From the NCBI GenBank assembly GCA_023213395.1, contig CM041465.1, forward strand, positions 149,613,741-149,677,740: a stretch of 64,000 nucleotides of DNA, written 5' to 3'. This document shows, one piece after another, positions 26,214 through 38,900 of the stretch. The position numbers were made by a program, and so were the translations under genes. Position 1 is the stretch's first letter. Every line of letters starts with the position of its first letter. This DNA comes from Cycas panzhihuaensis. Lineage: Eukaryota; Plantae; Cycadophyta. The notes under the pieces were generated by a model. It made no database searches. It was not told the origin of the DNA and saw only the letters and a program-made list of their open reading frames with translations.

Positions 26214-28700
26214 CTAATCCTCTATCTCCACAAAAATGACATCTCTGGTAATGGTGATTTTTCGTTGTGAAGGTATGAAGACCTTATACCCTTTCTTATC
26301 CATAGGGTATTCAATAAAGATGCCTTTAAGTGCCCTTGGCTGGAGTTTATTTCGATCTGCATCCAGAATATGGGTATACCATGTAGAGCCAAAAATTTTA
26401 AAGTAGTGAACAATAGGGGCTTGTCCTAGCCACTTTTTATTAGGCGATTGTGCTTCCTTTGATGGGCTAACAACATTGATACAACTGTCCAAATTATTTT
26501 AGCCCATAAATAGGTAGGCACATTTTTATATATTAATATAGCATGAGCCATGTTCATGATTGTCCTGTTCATGCACTTGACAACTCCATTTTGTTGTGGG
26601 GTACTTGCTACTATTGTTTGATGCTTGATGCCATTGTCTCGAAGGTAGCTTTCAAACTCATGTGAGTTATATTCACCACCATTATCAGTTCGAAGACATT
26701 TGAGTTGATAACCTGACTCTTTTTTAATGAGGGCTTTGAATTCCTTGAATATACAGAATGCTTCATCTTTCTTGTGTAGAAAAGCTACCCATAGTTTTCT
26801 AGTGAAATCATCAATGAAAGAGATGTAATATAGCTTACTCTTCAGTGAAGGAATGGGCATTGGCCCACATAAATCAAAGTGTACTAATTGTAATGGATGG
26901 CTTGATTTAGACTGACTTTTAGGAAAGGTTGTCGATGAGATTTGGCAACAATACAAACTTCACATTTAAAGGGCTTAGAGGAAAACTTTGGAAGGTTTGG
27001 AAGAGTGTTAGAAAGATCTCTAAGTCCATCAATGTGAACATGGCCCATACAAGCATGCCAAAGAGCTTCTGGTGATAACGTTGGATGGGTCAAGATGGAA
27101 TTAAATGTAAATTCTTCATCAGCACAAGGGCTTTGGGCACAATGGGCTTCAAAAGATGGAGAGCCATTTAGTCGAAAGAGTTTGCCAGAGAGATGTTTAG
27201 TCAAAACCACTTGATTAGCTGGAGGGTGAATGACCTTAAGAGTCTAATCATTTACGGTTACACTCAGATCAAATCTACGAGAAACAAGTGTGGATAAAGA
27301 GTATAGGTTTTGTTTGAGATTGGGTATGTATAAGACATCAAGCAATGTAAAATCATCTAAGCCTAGGAGTTTCAGGTGAATGTTGTCAATTCCTTCGACA
27401 GGTTGTTGTGATTTATCAGCCATGTTAATAACTCCATGAGCATTTGAGTCAAATGTTTGATATAGACTATGATTGCATGTCATATATTGAGTTGCTCCTA
27501 TGTCCATGATCCACTGGCCATCGATTGAAGCCACACTATTGGCAATTCCAATAGGGCTTGGCATTAGTGAAGGGAATTCACAAGTGATATATCCACACCG
27601 ACCTTCAAAGAATCTCTTTGGTTGGTCAGTGGCATTTGATGCTGAAGATCCCTCAATTCTTTGAATGTGTGCTTGTATAAAACCTGCACCACTAAAGGAT
27701 TCTTTACAAGTTTCTTTAATATTATAAGCTCCATGTTTTGGTTGGAACTTCTCCAACCTATAAGTGGCAGTTCTGCAATCTTTTGCTAAGTGTCCTTTAT
27801 GGTTACACTGATCACACATAATAGTTTGATTACCAATCCTTGAAGAAGTACTGGTTTGGCCTGACTATCTTACTCTTTATTGAGGTGGCCCTTAGCCTTG
27901 AAACTGTCGAGGTTGTGATTGATTGACCTTGTGGATGATTTCCCATATTTCTTCCTCTTCCTCTTGCTCAATTATTTCCTCTACCATGAGAGGGACCTTG
28001 ATCTTTTATGTAGCAAGCTTCTTTTTCTACCTCAAAGACTGCATTTGGAAGAGAGTCAGGGGCTACAAAGTTTGTGTCAAAGGTCTTGTCAAATTCTATG
28101 AACTTCTTGGAAAGTGCTTCGAAGTTGAGTGGCTTCAATGTTCCACTAGATTGAAGACTTCCAAGCAAGTTTTTATAATCAGGGACATGTAAACATGACT
28201 AGATCAAAAATGCCCAAATGATGCATTGGGTCTTAAAGTTTTTGTCAATTGCCTATTTGATTGGTCGAAGGAGATTTATTGTCTCATGAGCTCGTTCCTT
28301 CTACATTTTTAATTTGTTCATTTTCAAAATAAGATGAACAAATTCTAAATCTGACTTTGTATCAAAGTTCTTTCTAAGAACTTCTAGGACCTTCCAGGCT
28401 ATATCATGTTCCTCTTTGTTTATCAAATTATGCAAGGAGTGATCAATGACCAACAAAATTCATGCATGAATCTTTTCATCATCTATCTCCTATTGTAATT
28501 TAGTTGCAGCATCTGTAGGAGTTGTTGGGGTAGATCCACTGAAAGCAACTGTTGTAGCCATTGCTGGTATATTAGGTGTGGGCTCTCCAAAGGCCGTCAT
28601 ACTTTATAGCATTTTTAATTCTAGTGTAGCATATATCCTAAATTTCTTTGCCTTTCAATATGCAGTTAACATTTTGCTTGAATTGAGATGACATGGTGAT
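26214..28700 (-). pseudogene. Copia gag (Zn knuckle), protease and integrase
   Basis: CDQCNHKGHLAKDC, WIMDIGAT, LWHACMGH, LVHFDLCGP, LRTDNGGEY, TPQQNG. Confidence 0.92.
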
Positions 28701-29470
28701 GATGAAGAGTAGAAGAGATGATAGAAGTATGTGCCACTGACACGTGTGGCTAGTACACCTAGCGCAGCAGGGATATAGAAATGATTGTTAAGATGAGAAG
28801 CAAACAATGATTAACTATTTTTTAATAATTATATAAAAAATAAATATAAGTAATGATGTAAGCGTGAGGCCTAATGTAGAGCTGGAAAAGAGTGGTGATG
28901 TGTCACGCCACTAACCTCTCACTTATGTCCAAATGTAGGTGAGGTTTCAATGCCTAATGCTTCTAGTATACGATTAGGGCCTTCATCCGTGATACTCGCA
29001 CCTACGCTTGGTGATGAAATCCAAGTCACAGTGGAGCCCAGGTACTCCCAATCCTCACCCAATTTACCAATGAGTAGCTATATACCTCCTTTGAAGAGTC
29101 AAATGGTACTGCATATCCCATGACTATGACAGATATTGGACCGGGTTAGTTTTAATCTTGCATTAAGGTTTTCAATTTTTCTGGGTAGTTATCAAGATTA
29201 TCCCTGATTAGAGGCCGTAGGTATGGCTAACCTGTCCCTCCACCACTATTCTGGTTAAGACCAAACCTAGTATGAAACTCACACCTTCCTTAGGACCTAG
29301 ACTTTAGCCAACCTTAGTCTATTTCAACCAAGATAAGTGTGTGCAGAAGTCAAGAACTGGTGGTATAGATCATACGGATGAGATTCCTTTTAGGAATAGT
29401 GTAAGATATGTCTGTATAATTGAAAACTGAAATAGAAACTTGCCAAATGTGTTTACTTGCTTTTCGTGCT

Positions 29471-29560
29471 TGCTTTGTTGTTATTGCTACTTTTGTAATG
29501 CTTTGTTATTATTACTACTTTTGTAATGCTTTATTGTTGTTGGTGATTTTGTGATGCTTT
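29471..29560. repeat. 28-bp tandem repeat (about 3 copies) in the Copia 5' leader
   Basis: TGCTTTGTTGTTATTGCTACTTTTGTAA-like units at 29471, 29499 and 29527. Confidence 0.75.
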
Positions 29561-30684
29561 ATGCTATGTGTGCAAATAGAAAAGCATGCTAGATTTAGTA
29601 GGGGAACCAGATGTTACTTGTGATCCAAGGTTTCCCTTACTTTAGTACAATGATTCCAAATATGATTTTGGAAGTTTTGATATAAAATCTACAATGGGAT
29701 AAAAAGCAAATCAACTTACTGCTAAAATGATGATTTTTTTAAATCTATATTCATGCTATTTTGCCCTATTTTGTGATTTTTTCACAAAATTTATAAATAA
29801 TGATAAATGACCAATTTTTTTTAAAATTACAAATATGAAGGCCTAAATGATGAAATTTGAATTTATAACAGAAGGAAAAAGTGTTCAGAATGTCATTTTT
29901 GATAGATTTTAAAGTCATATTTCAGAAAAGGAACAAAAAGTTTTTACTCGAAAAAGCACCAAAGTAAAATCATGCTAGATCCACTATCTCAGAATCTGAA
30001 CTTCAATATTTCAAACATTACATTTTGACATGTACATTAACTTTCCCTTCTTCACCATCTATAAAATCTGCCAAAACATTGCCCAAAATTCCCTTGCAAG
30101 GTCCTTTGTGGGGTTGAGTAGGCAAAATCAGCAACCGTGAGAAAACTGCATAGATCTCACTAACCAGTGGATGAAATTTGATGAGATTTATCTTAAACAG
30201 ATCTTAAGACATAAATCTACCAGATCCCTTAATAAAACTTTCATATTTTTAGCTTATAATTAAAGGAATTCATTAGGAAAAGTGCTTTAAATCACTTATC
30301 CACAAAATTTACCCTTTTTTCATAGCCAAAACTCACTATTTTAGGCTGAATCTAAAGTTTCTCTAGAAGGAAAAAATGATCCTCTAGTCAAGGCAACCTT
30401 GCATACCAAATTTTATCAAATTCTGAGATAGTCAAATGTTTATGAAATTTTAGGCCTTTAATGCTTCTGAGACTGTTTCGGCAGCTAAACGGATTCAAAA
30501 ACCTGTATTCTTCACCTATGAATTTCTAAACACATGAACAAATCATCAACATGTAAAATACTATAATTTTAAGCTCTCAAAGTGTTAAAAAATAATGAAT
30601 GCACTCTCAATACTTCACAATGAAGGTGAAGGAGAGGCAAAATGACTCCATGCAAGTGGAATGGAGTGAATAGATCCCCTTTTA

Positions 30685-30696
30685 GCTCTGATACCA
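30685..30696 (-). promoter_or_regulatory. PBS, tRNA-iMet
   Basis: TGGTATCAGAGC on the minus strand, 2 nt from the LTR. Confidence 0.95.
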
Positions 30697-30698
30697 CA

Positions 30699-31009
30699 TG
30701 AAGGAAGGATGGATCTAGGAGATAAATCAGCCACATGCACACAATGATAATGGAGAATGAAAAAGAAGATGAAACTATATATGAGAGCAAGTTTGGAGGT
30801 GAGAATGAATAATGACTCCCTCCTTGAGATTCACCTTTTATTATTGAGGGTGAGCATTAGGGTTAGGATTTTCTCGCCTAATGTCATGAACCCAAAATTA
30901 CAACTAAATGCACATAAAGTACATTTCATTAAGAGACTAATGCTAATAATATATCCTAAGGTCACATAATTAATCTACACAAATGACCTTGATACATTAA
31001 CCTCTTTCA
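30699..31009 (-). repeat. 5' LTR of the Copia element
   Basis: TG...CA termini; copy of 23372-23684. Confidence 0.93.
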
Positions 31010-31640
31010 TAATATACATTACATCAAGCCCTCCTAATGGATATTATATCCCATTGGGATAGGAGGAGGTAGGTTTTCCACCTGCCTAATATAGGGGACT
31101 TGACTATCATAACTGGTAATATTAAGAGGATCATAGGGCTATCAACAAGAGGAGTACCACATGAGTTGGGAGTTTTACCTAGCATTGGGGAGCTACATCA
31201 GGCAATTGTAAGGTATTTTTATAGCAATGGGCACATGGACAAGTGAGGAAGGTTTGTGAAGAAGATCATAACATTAGCCATTCCTCAGGCAAGGAAGCTC
31301 ATCATATTTACTATTCTGTTTAGGATTTTCAAAGGACAAAATTATCATTAGATGCCTAGAGGTTGGATGGGTTCCATATGCTATTGTGAGGATGGAGAAG
31401 GTTAGACTAGGAAACCCTTATTGTGGCTAACATGCAGGCCCAACTAGATTAGATCTGAGTGATAGGGCATGATGGGTTCTCTTATTACTTTGTTTTGTAG
31501 TGTTAGCTTTTTTATCAGTTCTAAGGAGTAAGCCCTATCATAGTGTTGTAGCTAGTAGCATTGAGTGGGCCATTGATTCATAGGTGGCCTTCATATTTTT
31601 GAGCCAGATTAGGTCTGTTGATTAATGGACATGACTTCCC
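31010..31640 (+). pseudogene. Plant mobile domain (PMD, aminotransferase-like) ORF remnant, antisense to the Tat element
   Basis: Translates as ALLMDIISHWDRRR*VFHLPNIGDLTIITGNIKRIIGLSTRG, matching the PMD pattern L..LVERW...T.TFHLP.GEMTITL.DV..ILGLP..G. Confidence 0.7.
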
Positions 31641-32734
31641 TAGAGTTGTTGACCCTTGAGGACTATGTGAGGCATCCCTATTAGGGTGTCCACTAGGATA
31701 GCAATAAGGATAGAGATAGAGGCATGACAGGGTAGGCAATGGAGGCCAAAGAGGAGGATGAGGCTGTGAGAAGGGATGAGGTGGAGGTAAAGGCTATTAA
31801 GGACGAGGAGGCACATAGTTCTGATATGGAGGTTAGTCAGGGAGAAGGCTAATAGGCAGCACCAACTCCAGGGGAGGCCCCTCAGAGAGGTATTACCCTT
31901 TGCCTTTTTCATTTTAACCTATTGCAGTTATTTGCTTATATGTTGATTTCATATGGATTTATTACTAACATATTAACTTACTAATTGGCAAGAGAGGGTA
32001 TCATGGCAGAGCTCATTGGCAAGGTTATCAGCGAGTTATTTCCTATGGTACATATGGAGGGCCAACCTCTCATAATAGATAGTGGGGAGTCAGTATTGGT
32101 ACATCCCTATATAGTAGCATTTGTTCCCATATTAAGGGTTAGGGAGATATGGGCTATGAAGGTTCCTGAGCTCCATATAGATAGGGATTAGATCTACGCT
32201 AAGTAGGGTCTTATAGATGGAGAGAGATCATCTATAGGCTTGGGTCTAGGAGCTAGAGGCCTAAGGAGCAGAGATAATACCTCTAGTTGCAGTGACATTG
32301 ATATAGATAGCTCTTAGAGCTAAGGTTTAGATCGTTCTGTTAAAGGGATTACTTAAGAAGGTTTGAGAGGAGAGGGATCAACTTTAGTCGAGGTATGATT
32401 AGCTGGTGGAGTAGATAGTGGACCACTCTTTTAAGACCCACACCACCACAATGACACAGTGATACTAGAGGGATGAGGGTTACGTATAGGATAAAGAAAG
32501 TGAGATTGGGCCATCATGGTGGCCCAATCTATTCCTATATATGGCATTATAACTCAAACACTAAGCACATACACACTATCCACATGAAATGATGTCACAT
32601 GATTGATCACTAATTTATACTCATGGAGGAGTCCCATGCTCCCGTTATGGGGTTAATCGCATCAATGACTAGGAATGGTAGGAGATGGGCCTTGGTGAGG
32701 TGCCTTTTGAAGAGGTGACAACATCCAAGGTGGG

Positions 32735-32945
32735 GATAGTTTAGGCTCATTTCAGAGCAAGGGAAGGAATGGGGTTATCTCAGTGTTATTCCCTCTTACA
32801 GGGGATGCTTGGCCTCATAGATGGGAATAGTTTAGGCTTATTTCAAAGAAGGGGGTTAGCAGTTTAATCTCATACTAAAGTGAAGTGGTAGTTTAGGCTC
32901 ATACGAGAGCAAAGTGGTAGTTTAGGGTCATACTAGAGCAAAGTG
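32735..32945 (-). repeat. About 5 degenerate copies of a 26-29-bp motif downstream of the integrase
   Basis: AGTTTAGGCTCAT..AGAGCAA-like units at about 32738, 32829, 32861, 32890 and 32919. Confidence 0.75.
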
Positions 32946-32959
32946 TGGCTGCCCCTCTA

Positions 32960-35900
32960 CATAGGAGGGAGAGAGGTCAATTATAAAACCTCTTAAGGAA
33001 TTGCCTATTGATGGCCTTTTTTAGCTTGAGGGCTTCCAATGTAGCAATATGGTATATGTCATTATTAAGGCTTTCAACAATAATAAAAGGGCCCACCTAT
33101 TTGGGGCCAAATTTAGAAAGGTAGTCATACAGTTATTCTAATTTGAGGACTTGGTCCCTAGGGGTCATGGTCATAGATGTTTGCCATATATCTTTTGGGC
33201 TTTAACCTTATATGTTAGGTTAGCTTGATATGCAGTGAGGCATTTTTCATCTAATGCCTCAAGGTCAAGGAGACAGGCTTGGTGTCGCCACTCTTTGTCC
33301 ACAAATTCCTTAAGGGAAACCCTTAAGGAAGGAATTTTGACCTCAAGGGATAAGACCACTTCTAACCCATAAACCAAGGAAAGTGACATCATATCTATGG
33401 CCATCTGAATAGATGTTTAGTAGGCCTATAAGTTTGGGTGGAGTTGAAGGTGCCAAACCTATTAGGATTGGGCAATAGTCTTCTTGAAAAATGTTGATTA
33501 AAGTCTTGTTAAAAGTGCCTCAAACTGGCCATTGGCCTATGGATAATAGGGGTATGAGGTTTTATGATAGATTTAAAACCTCTCACAAAGCTCATCCATT
33601 TCTTTATTGTAAAAAGGAGTTCAATTATCCATAATGAGGATATTGGGGATTCTAAATTGATAAACAATATTCTAAAAGATAAAAGTGATGATTGTTTTGC
33701 CCGTCGTAGAGGATAAGGGGATGGCCTTAGCCCACTTTATGAAGTATTTTGTTGCGTTTATAATAAACTTATATTGGGCTGAGGATGGTGGGGTTATGGC
33801 CCTAATGTGGTCAAGACCCTATTGGGAGAATGGCCATGACGACATTCTAGCATGCAACACTTCAAAATGCTAGTGGATTACATTGGAATGCTCTTGCCAT
33901 TTCTGACATTGTTGGGTGTAGGCATAGGCATCCTTGAAAAGAGTTGGATAATAGAAGCCTAGATGCAAGATTTATTGGGCCATATATTGGCCCCCAAAAT
34001 GAGTTAGAGTACACCCTTATGATAGGTCTCTTTCCTCCCTATACCAAAGCACTTTGAGAGGGCTTAGGATCACATATAATGGACTTGTCATGAGAAAAGA
34101 TAGACTCTAAATCTTCATCATTATTATGTACCAATGGGAATTAGTTATGTCCTTCTAATAAGGGTTCTCATGCTAATTGGTTCCCCACATACTTGAGAAA
34201 ATTTATAGTGCATGGTAGGTGAGGGGAGATTGAAGGGGAGTCTAGCATACATCCATTGGAATTACCATCTACCCCCCTAAGGGATTGTCCCTTAGGAGGT
34301 GGTTTAGATTAAAGGAGGGGAGCAATGCTCCCTAGGTGCATCCTTAAGAGAAATAGGGTTTGCCTGATTAGGATGCATGTTATGTACAATTTAGGGCAAA
34401 TAGTGAGTCATCCATGCCCAAAGATAAGGAGACTCCTATCTTGGGAGAGATAGGGAAGTTTATAATGAAGGTAACCTTGCTACGTATGGGTTTAGACCAA
34501 ATGGAGGAGGGATGTCAATTTTGGATGTTCCCCCCCCCCCCCCCCCCCATATTGAGGAAAGAAACTTGTCATAGTGGCTCCTCAGAACCATTATTGGACT
34601 CCCCATTACTAAAAATAACTAAATAGCCATAGCTCCTAACACCAATAGGAATAAATCATACCAAGTTTAGTTGAGGGGGAGGGAATCCCTCCCCTTCTTA
34701 AGGTACTTCATCCTCAAAGGACCCTACAATAGATGGATTAGACATGTCATCCTCTCTATTTTTCACTCTGGAAATTACTTGGCATATTTGATAAGATGGC
34801 CGAGTAGGGGGTGGATCTTGAGTAATAACCTTAATTTGCCCTTAGTGGACAAATTTAAGTTGGCCCCATTGTGAAGAGCAATCTTCTCCCATTTGGTCTA
34901 ACTAAGGCTGCCCTAATAGGAGGTTATAATTGACATCAATGTCCAAGACAATGATGTTAGTTTATATGGTTTTATCTTCCAATATAAGAGGGATGGTTAC
35001 TATTCCCAATGGCATCTTCTCACTCTTATCATACCCTTAGCATCTCCACAGGATAAACTCAACAACCTCCGTGCCTAACTTTCATGCATATGTATGAGCA
35101 TAACATTAACTGAGGAGCCATTAGCCATAATGGTCCTCTTCAAGGTGAATTTGGGCATCTTGATTATAATTATCAAGTGATAGTACCAATGGAGGTACCT
35201 ATCGTTGGCTGATGGGAGGTCATGTAGGTCAAACATGATGAGGGTAGACTCATGTGATGAAGAAGTACCCTAAGTGTAAATGGGTATATCATTACACCCT
35301 AAAACCTCCAAAAGGAGGGCTCTATGATTGGGATAACTCTTTAGAATATCCATCATGGACATCCTAATAGAGACCATATGGAGCTCTTCAATAATTGAGA
35401 AGGCCTTCCCCTTCCCTCTAGGTTGGGGAATGATCTACCTAAAGTTGTAACACCCTGGGCATACTGGTATGGTCTTTGGGACCATGATAATCTTGATTAG
35501 AGGATTATCTATAGGTTGTTATTATGAAGTAGAGGCATTGCCAGCCTCCTTCACAGCTTGAGACCGTGTAACTGGGCATACTTAAGTGGCCTTAAGCAAT
35601 TGAATGATCCTCTTACCCTTATTTTTGGGTTGAGAGGATGTTGCATGTTAAGTCATTGGGCTCAAAGGGGACAAATTATTAATTGGTTCTTTCCCCTTAG
35701 ATTGGTCTAATAGGAGAGGAGGAAGAGGAGTTTCCCTCTTATTCCTTGTTTGCCTATTTCATTGTTGTACCCCTTGATCTTGTTCCTCATGGTTACAGAA
35801 TGGATCTTAATGGAGTAGTTGCTCCAAATTAGGTTTGGAAGTGCCTTGGTGTGGAGGGTCACATGGTGGTGCAAGTTCAGGGTATTGAGTCCAACACTTT

Positions 35901-38900
35901 GAATCATCATGGGTGTACTCACCATGAACTGAGTACCATTTCTTTTTAGGGGAGGATCTTGTCCTCTTCCCTTAAGAAGATTGGGCACCTTCATTCTTGG
36001 GTGGCAAGGTTTGGGTAGTTTGATGAACCTCTTAGTGTCCTTATTTTCAAGTGTATAGCTTAGATATAGGTTAAGTTGGTTACAACTTTAAGTCTCTTAC
36101 CATCCACTCAAAAGAGTAAACAATGGAAGTGAGTGGGTCTAAGTTTTTATTACTTGTTTTGATAGAGGGCTTGGAAGGTTGTTACATTCCCTTTTAGTCA
36201 TGTGAAGGAGGTAGTATCTCATGACATTGTGAGTTTCTAAGAATCCTTTTAAGACTAGGTTGGATCTTAATGGATTCAAATGCTAAGTATTTAGCTATGG
36301 TAGATTCATAATTAATCACCCCTATTTTGAGGACTTATGTGTGCACTTTAGGATGCAATGTATTTACAAAGATATCTCTCTTTAACTATTTTGGTAACAT
36401 GGCCTTAGAAGAGTGAACAAGGTCATGGAATCACTGGAGAAAGTCATGGTTCAATTCCTGATAAACTTATTTGAGTGAAAGTAGGGCCTTAACCCTACAT
36501 TCAAAATGTCTAACCATATGAAAGTAGTTGATGAAGGTATCAACTAACTATTGAAACATGGATATTGAGTAGGTAGGAAGATGGTAAAACCACTTTAGTG
36601 TATCTCCTTGAAATGAACTAGGAAATAATTTCATAAGGATGTGGTTGTATGCCTAGTAATCTATGCATGTCATGGAAAATCCCCTAACATGGTCTGTAAG
36701 GTCTTAGGAAGAAGTGACATCAAATTTAGGTATTTCAAGTAGTTAAGGAGGCAAATTGATTCATAGTGCCTCCATGGATAAGGGGGTTGATTGGTAATCA
36801 ATAAAGGGATGAATCCCTAGTTGGGCTAGTGAATTGTTTCGAGAATAAGTGGGTATGGAATAAGGATATCCTTCTCTAGTGTATGGTGGATAGGAAGGAG
36901 ATGGATAGGAAGCATGTCCCTACTAATAAGGGATATGGGATGAAGGTGAATATGGGATTCCCCTTAATTGGCATGGAGGAATGGGCCCCAAATGAAGATA
37001 TATGGCATAAAGGGATGGGTGAGGGGCCATCAACCCACCTGGGGAATGTGCCACGTAAGTAGGTGGGATGTGGGGTTACACACCTAGGGGATGGAGGCAT
37101 GATAGGGTGGAGCATGTGGGACTATATGTCCCCCTTGAGATGGGACAACAAGTGGTAAAGAATGAGAAGCATGATATGGTAGGAGGTTTTAATCAAAGGG
37201 TCCTTCTATAGGAGGGGAAACCCCATAAGGATGGAGGGAATCCACCCTCTAAGTAAGAAGGACATTTAAACCCCCATACCCCCAAGGTTGCATCATATAC
37301 CCTAGGGGAACGTACAAGGATGGGTTTGCTTAGCATAAATGAGGATAGGTAAAGGCCAAACCTCTTTATCCTAGATGATGAGGACGTGGAGTAATGGAGG
37401 CAAAGAGTGGTGGGATAGGGGATATAATAGGTTAAGGGATGGTTATTTGGAGAGGAGGTATACTCATCCCCATATGGAGGACCTATGAACCTTGTGAAAC
37501 CTCTTCATTTAAAGGGGCACTTACAACCATTGGTGTAGATGCCTCCTATTGGAGAGAGGATGTGATGGTAGTAAGAGATGTAAAAGGTATGACCTCGATA
37601 GAACTTATAAGTGAAGTGAAGAGAAGATGGTGTAGCCACCCTAGGGGGGTTGGTTGGCAGCCACCTCAAAGTACTCCCTTAGTACCTCTACTGTGTAAGT
37701 TAGCATGATTTAGGTCTTGAGAAGAGGCATGCTCTCCTTGATGACCAAAATAAGTAGAGAAGATAATAGGAGCCTACTCAGGATAGTGAACTAGGTCCAT
37801 AAGTTGGGCCCCTCCAATGATATACATGAGGAGAGGAAAAGGGTCTTGGTAGACCCCTAGTTGCTCTATGATATGATAAGATGAGTCCCCTCTAATATGG
37901 GTTGGTTCCTCATATAGGTAAGGGGCCTAAGTGTGAGGCTGATTGGGTGTATATGATTTATATGCCCATTTTGATTGATACCCCTCTATCGATGACTCTT
38001 GGTTGGATGATGTAATTGAGGAATAAAGGGGTTCCACCTCCAAAGAAGGCAAGCCACACAACTGACGAGAAAAATATCACATTCATGGGATGGCTAGTTT
38101 CTCTTGGGAAAGTGTACAAAAGTGTGGGGTAGGACATCTATGAATTACTACTAAAACACTCTAACAAACACTAGATGTAAGAAGGCATGCGTGGAAAGTC
38201 TAAAAGTTTTCAAAGCTTTTCAACTAGTGAGTCCCTAGAATGGTCTCTAGGAAAATGCTCCTAATAGTGGTGACCTAGTATGATTACACCTAATTGATGG
38301 TAGACCTAGGGTATGAGACCTACACATGTGTAATGAGTCCTAAGATGCCAACATAGGGTGCTCATGTACTACTTAAACTTATATGCAAGAGGAGTTATTT
38401 TATTTTACCTAGGAGGCTAAATTAAGGGCATCTAAGGAAGGGCACATGTACATTAATGGGGATGGGTGACTCTTAGATGTCAAATGATGCCTATGGTATA
38501 ATGGGGAGATGTAACCTACTCCTAAAATATAACTACATACTCTCTTAATTTGGATGAATGCACTTAGCTTATTCCTAGTGGGGTTCATGTTCTTCCCTTG
38601 TGGATTTGAGACTCACATTAACACAGTCCCTCCTTATATTTTGGGTTTAAAATCTAGTATGAAATCTCTTGATTCAATCCCCTACTTTATAAAATATTAT
38701 GCAACATAAATACAAATACAGATAAAGAAAATATAACACAAACAATCTTTTCTTTTTCTTTTTTTTTTCTTCTTTTTCTTTGGTATTAAAGAAAAGGGAA
38801 AGAGGGGCGCAAGGGGGTGAGGAGGAGGGGGGGTGGGGTTGGTGGGGGCCAAGCTAGGTAAACTAAGTAAATTATTTTTTGTACTTCTTCCTTTCTCTTT

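Larger units (their letters stand above)
23372..31009 (-). mobile_element. Full-length, pseudogenised Ty1/Copia LTR retrotransposon
   Basis: LTRs at 23372-23684 and 30699-31009, TSD CAATA/TAATA, tRNA-iMet PBS at 30685-30696, PPT at about 23685-23697, domain order gag-PR-INT-RT-RH. Confidence 0.95.
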
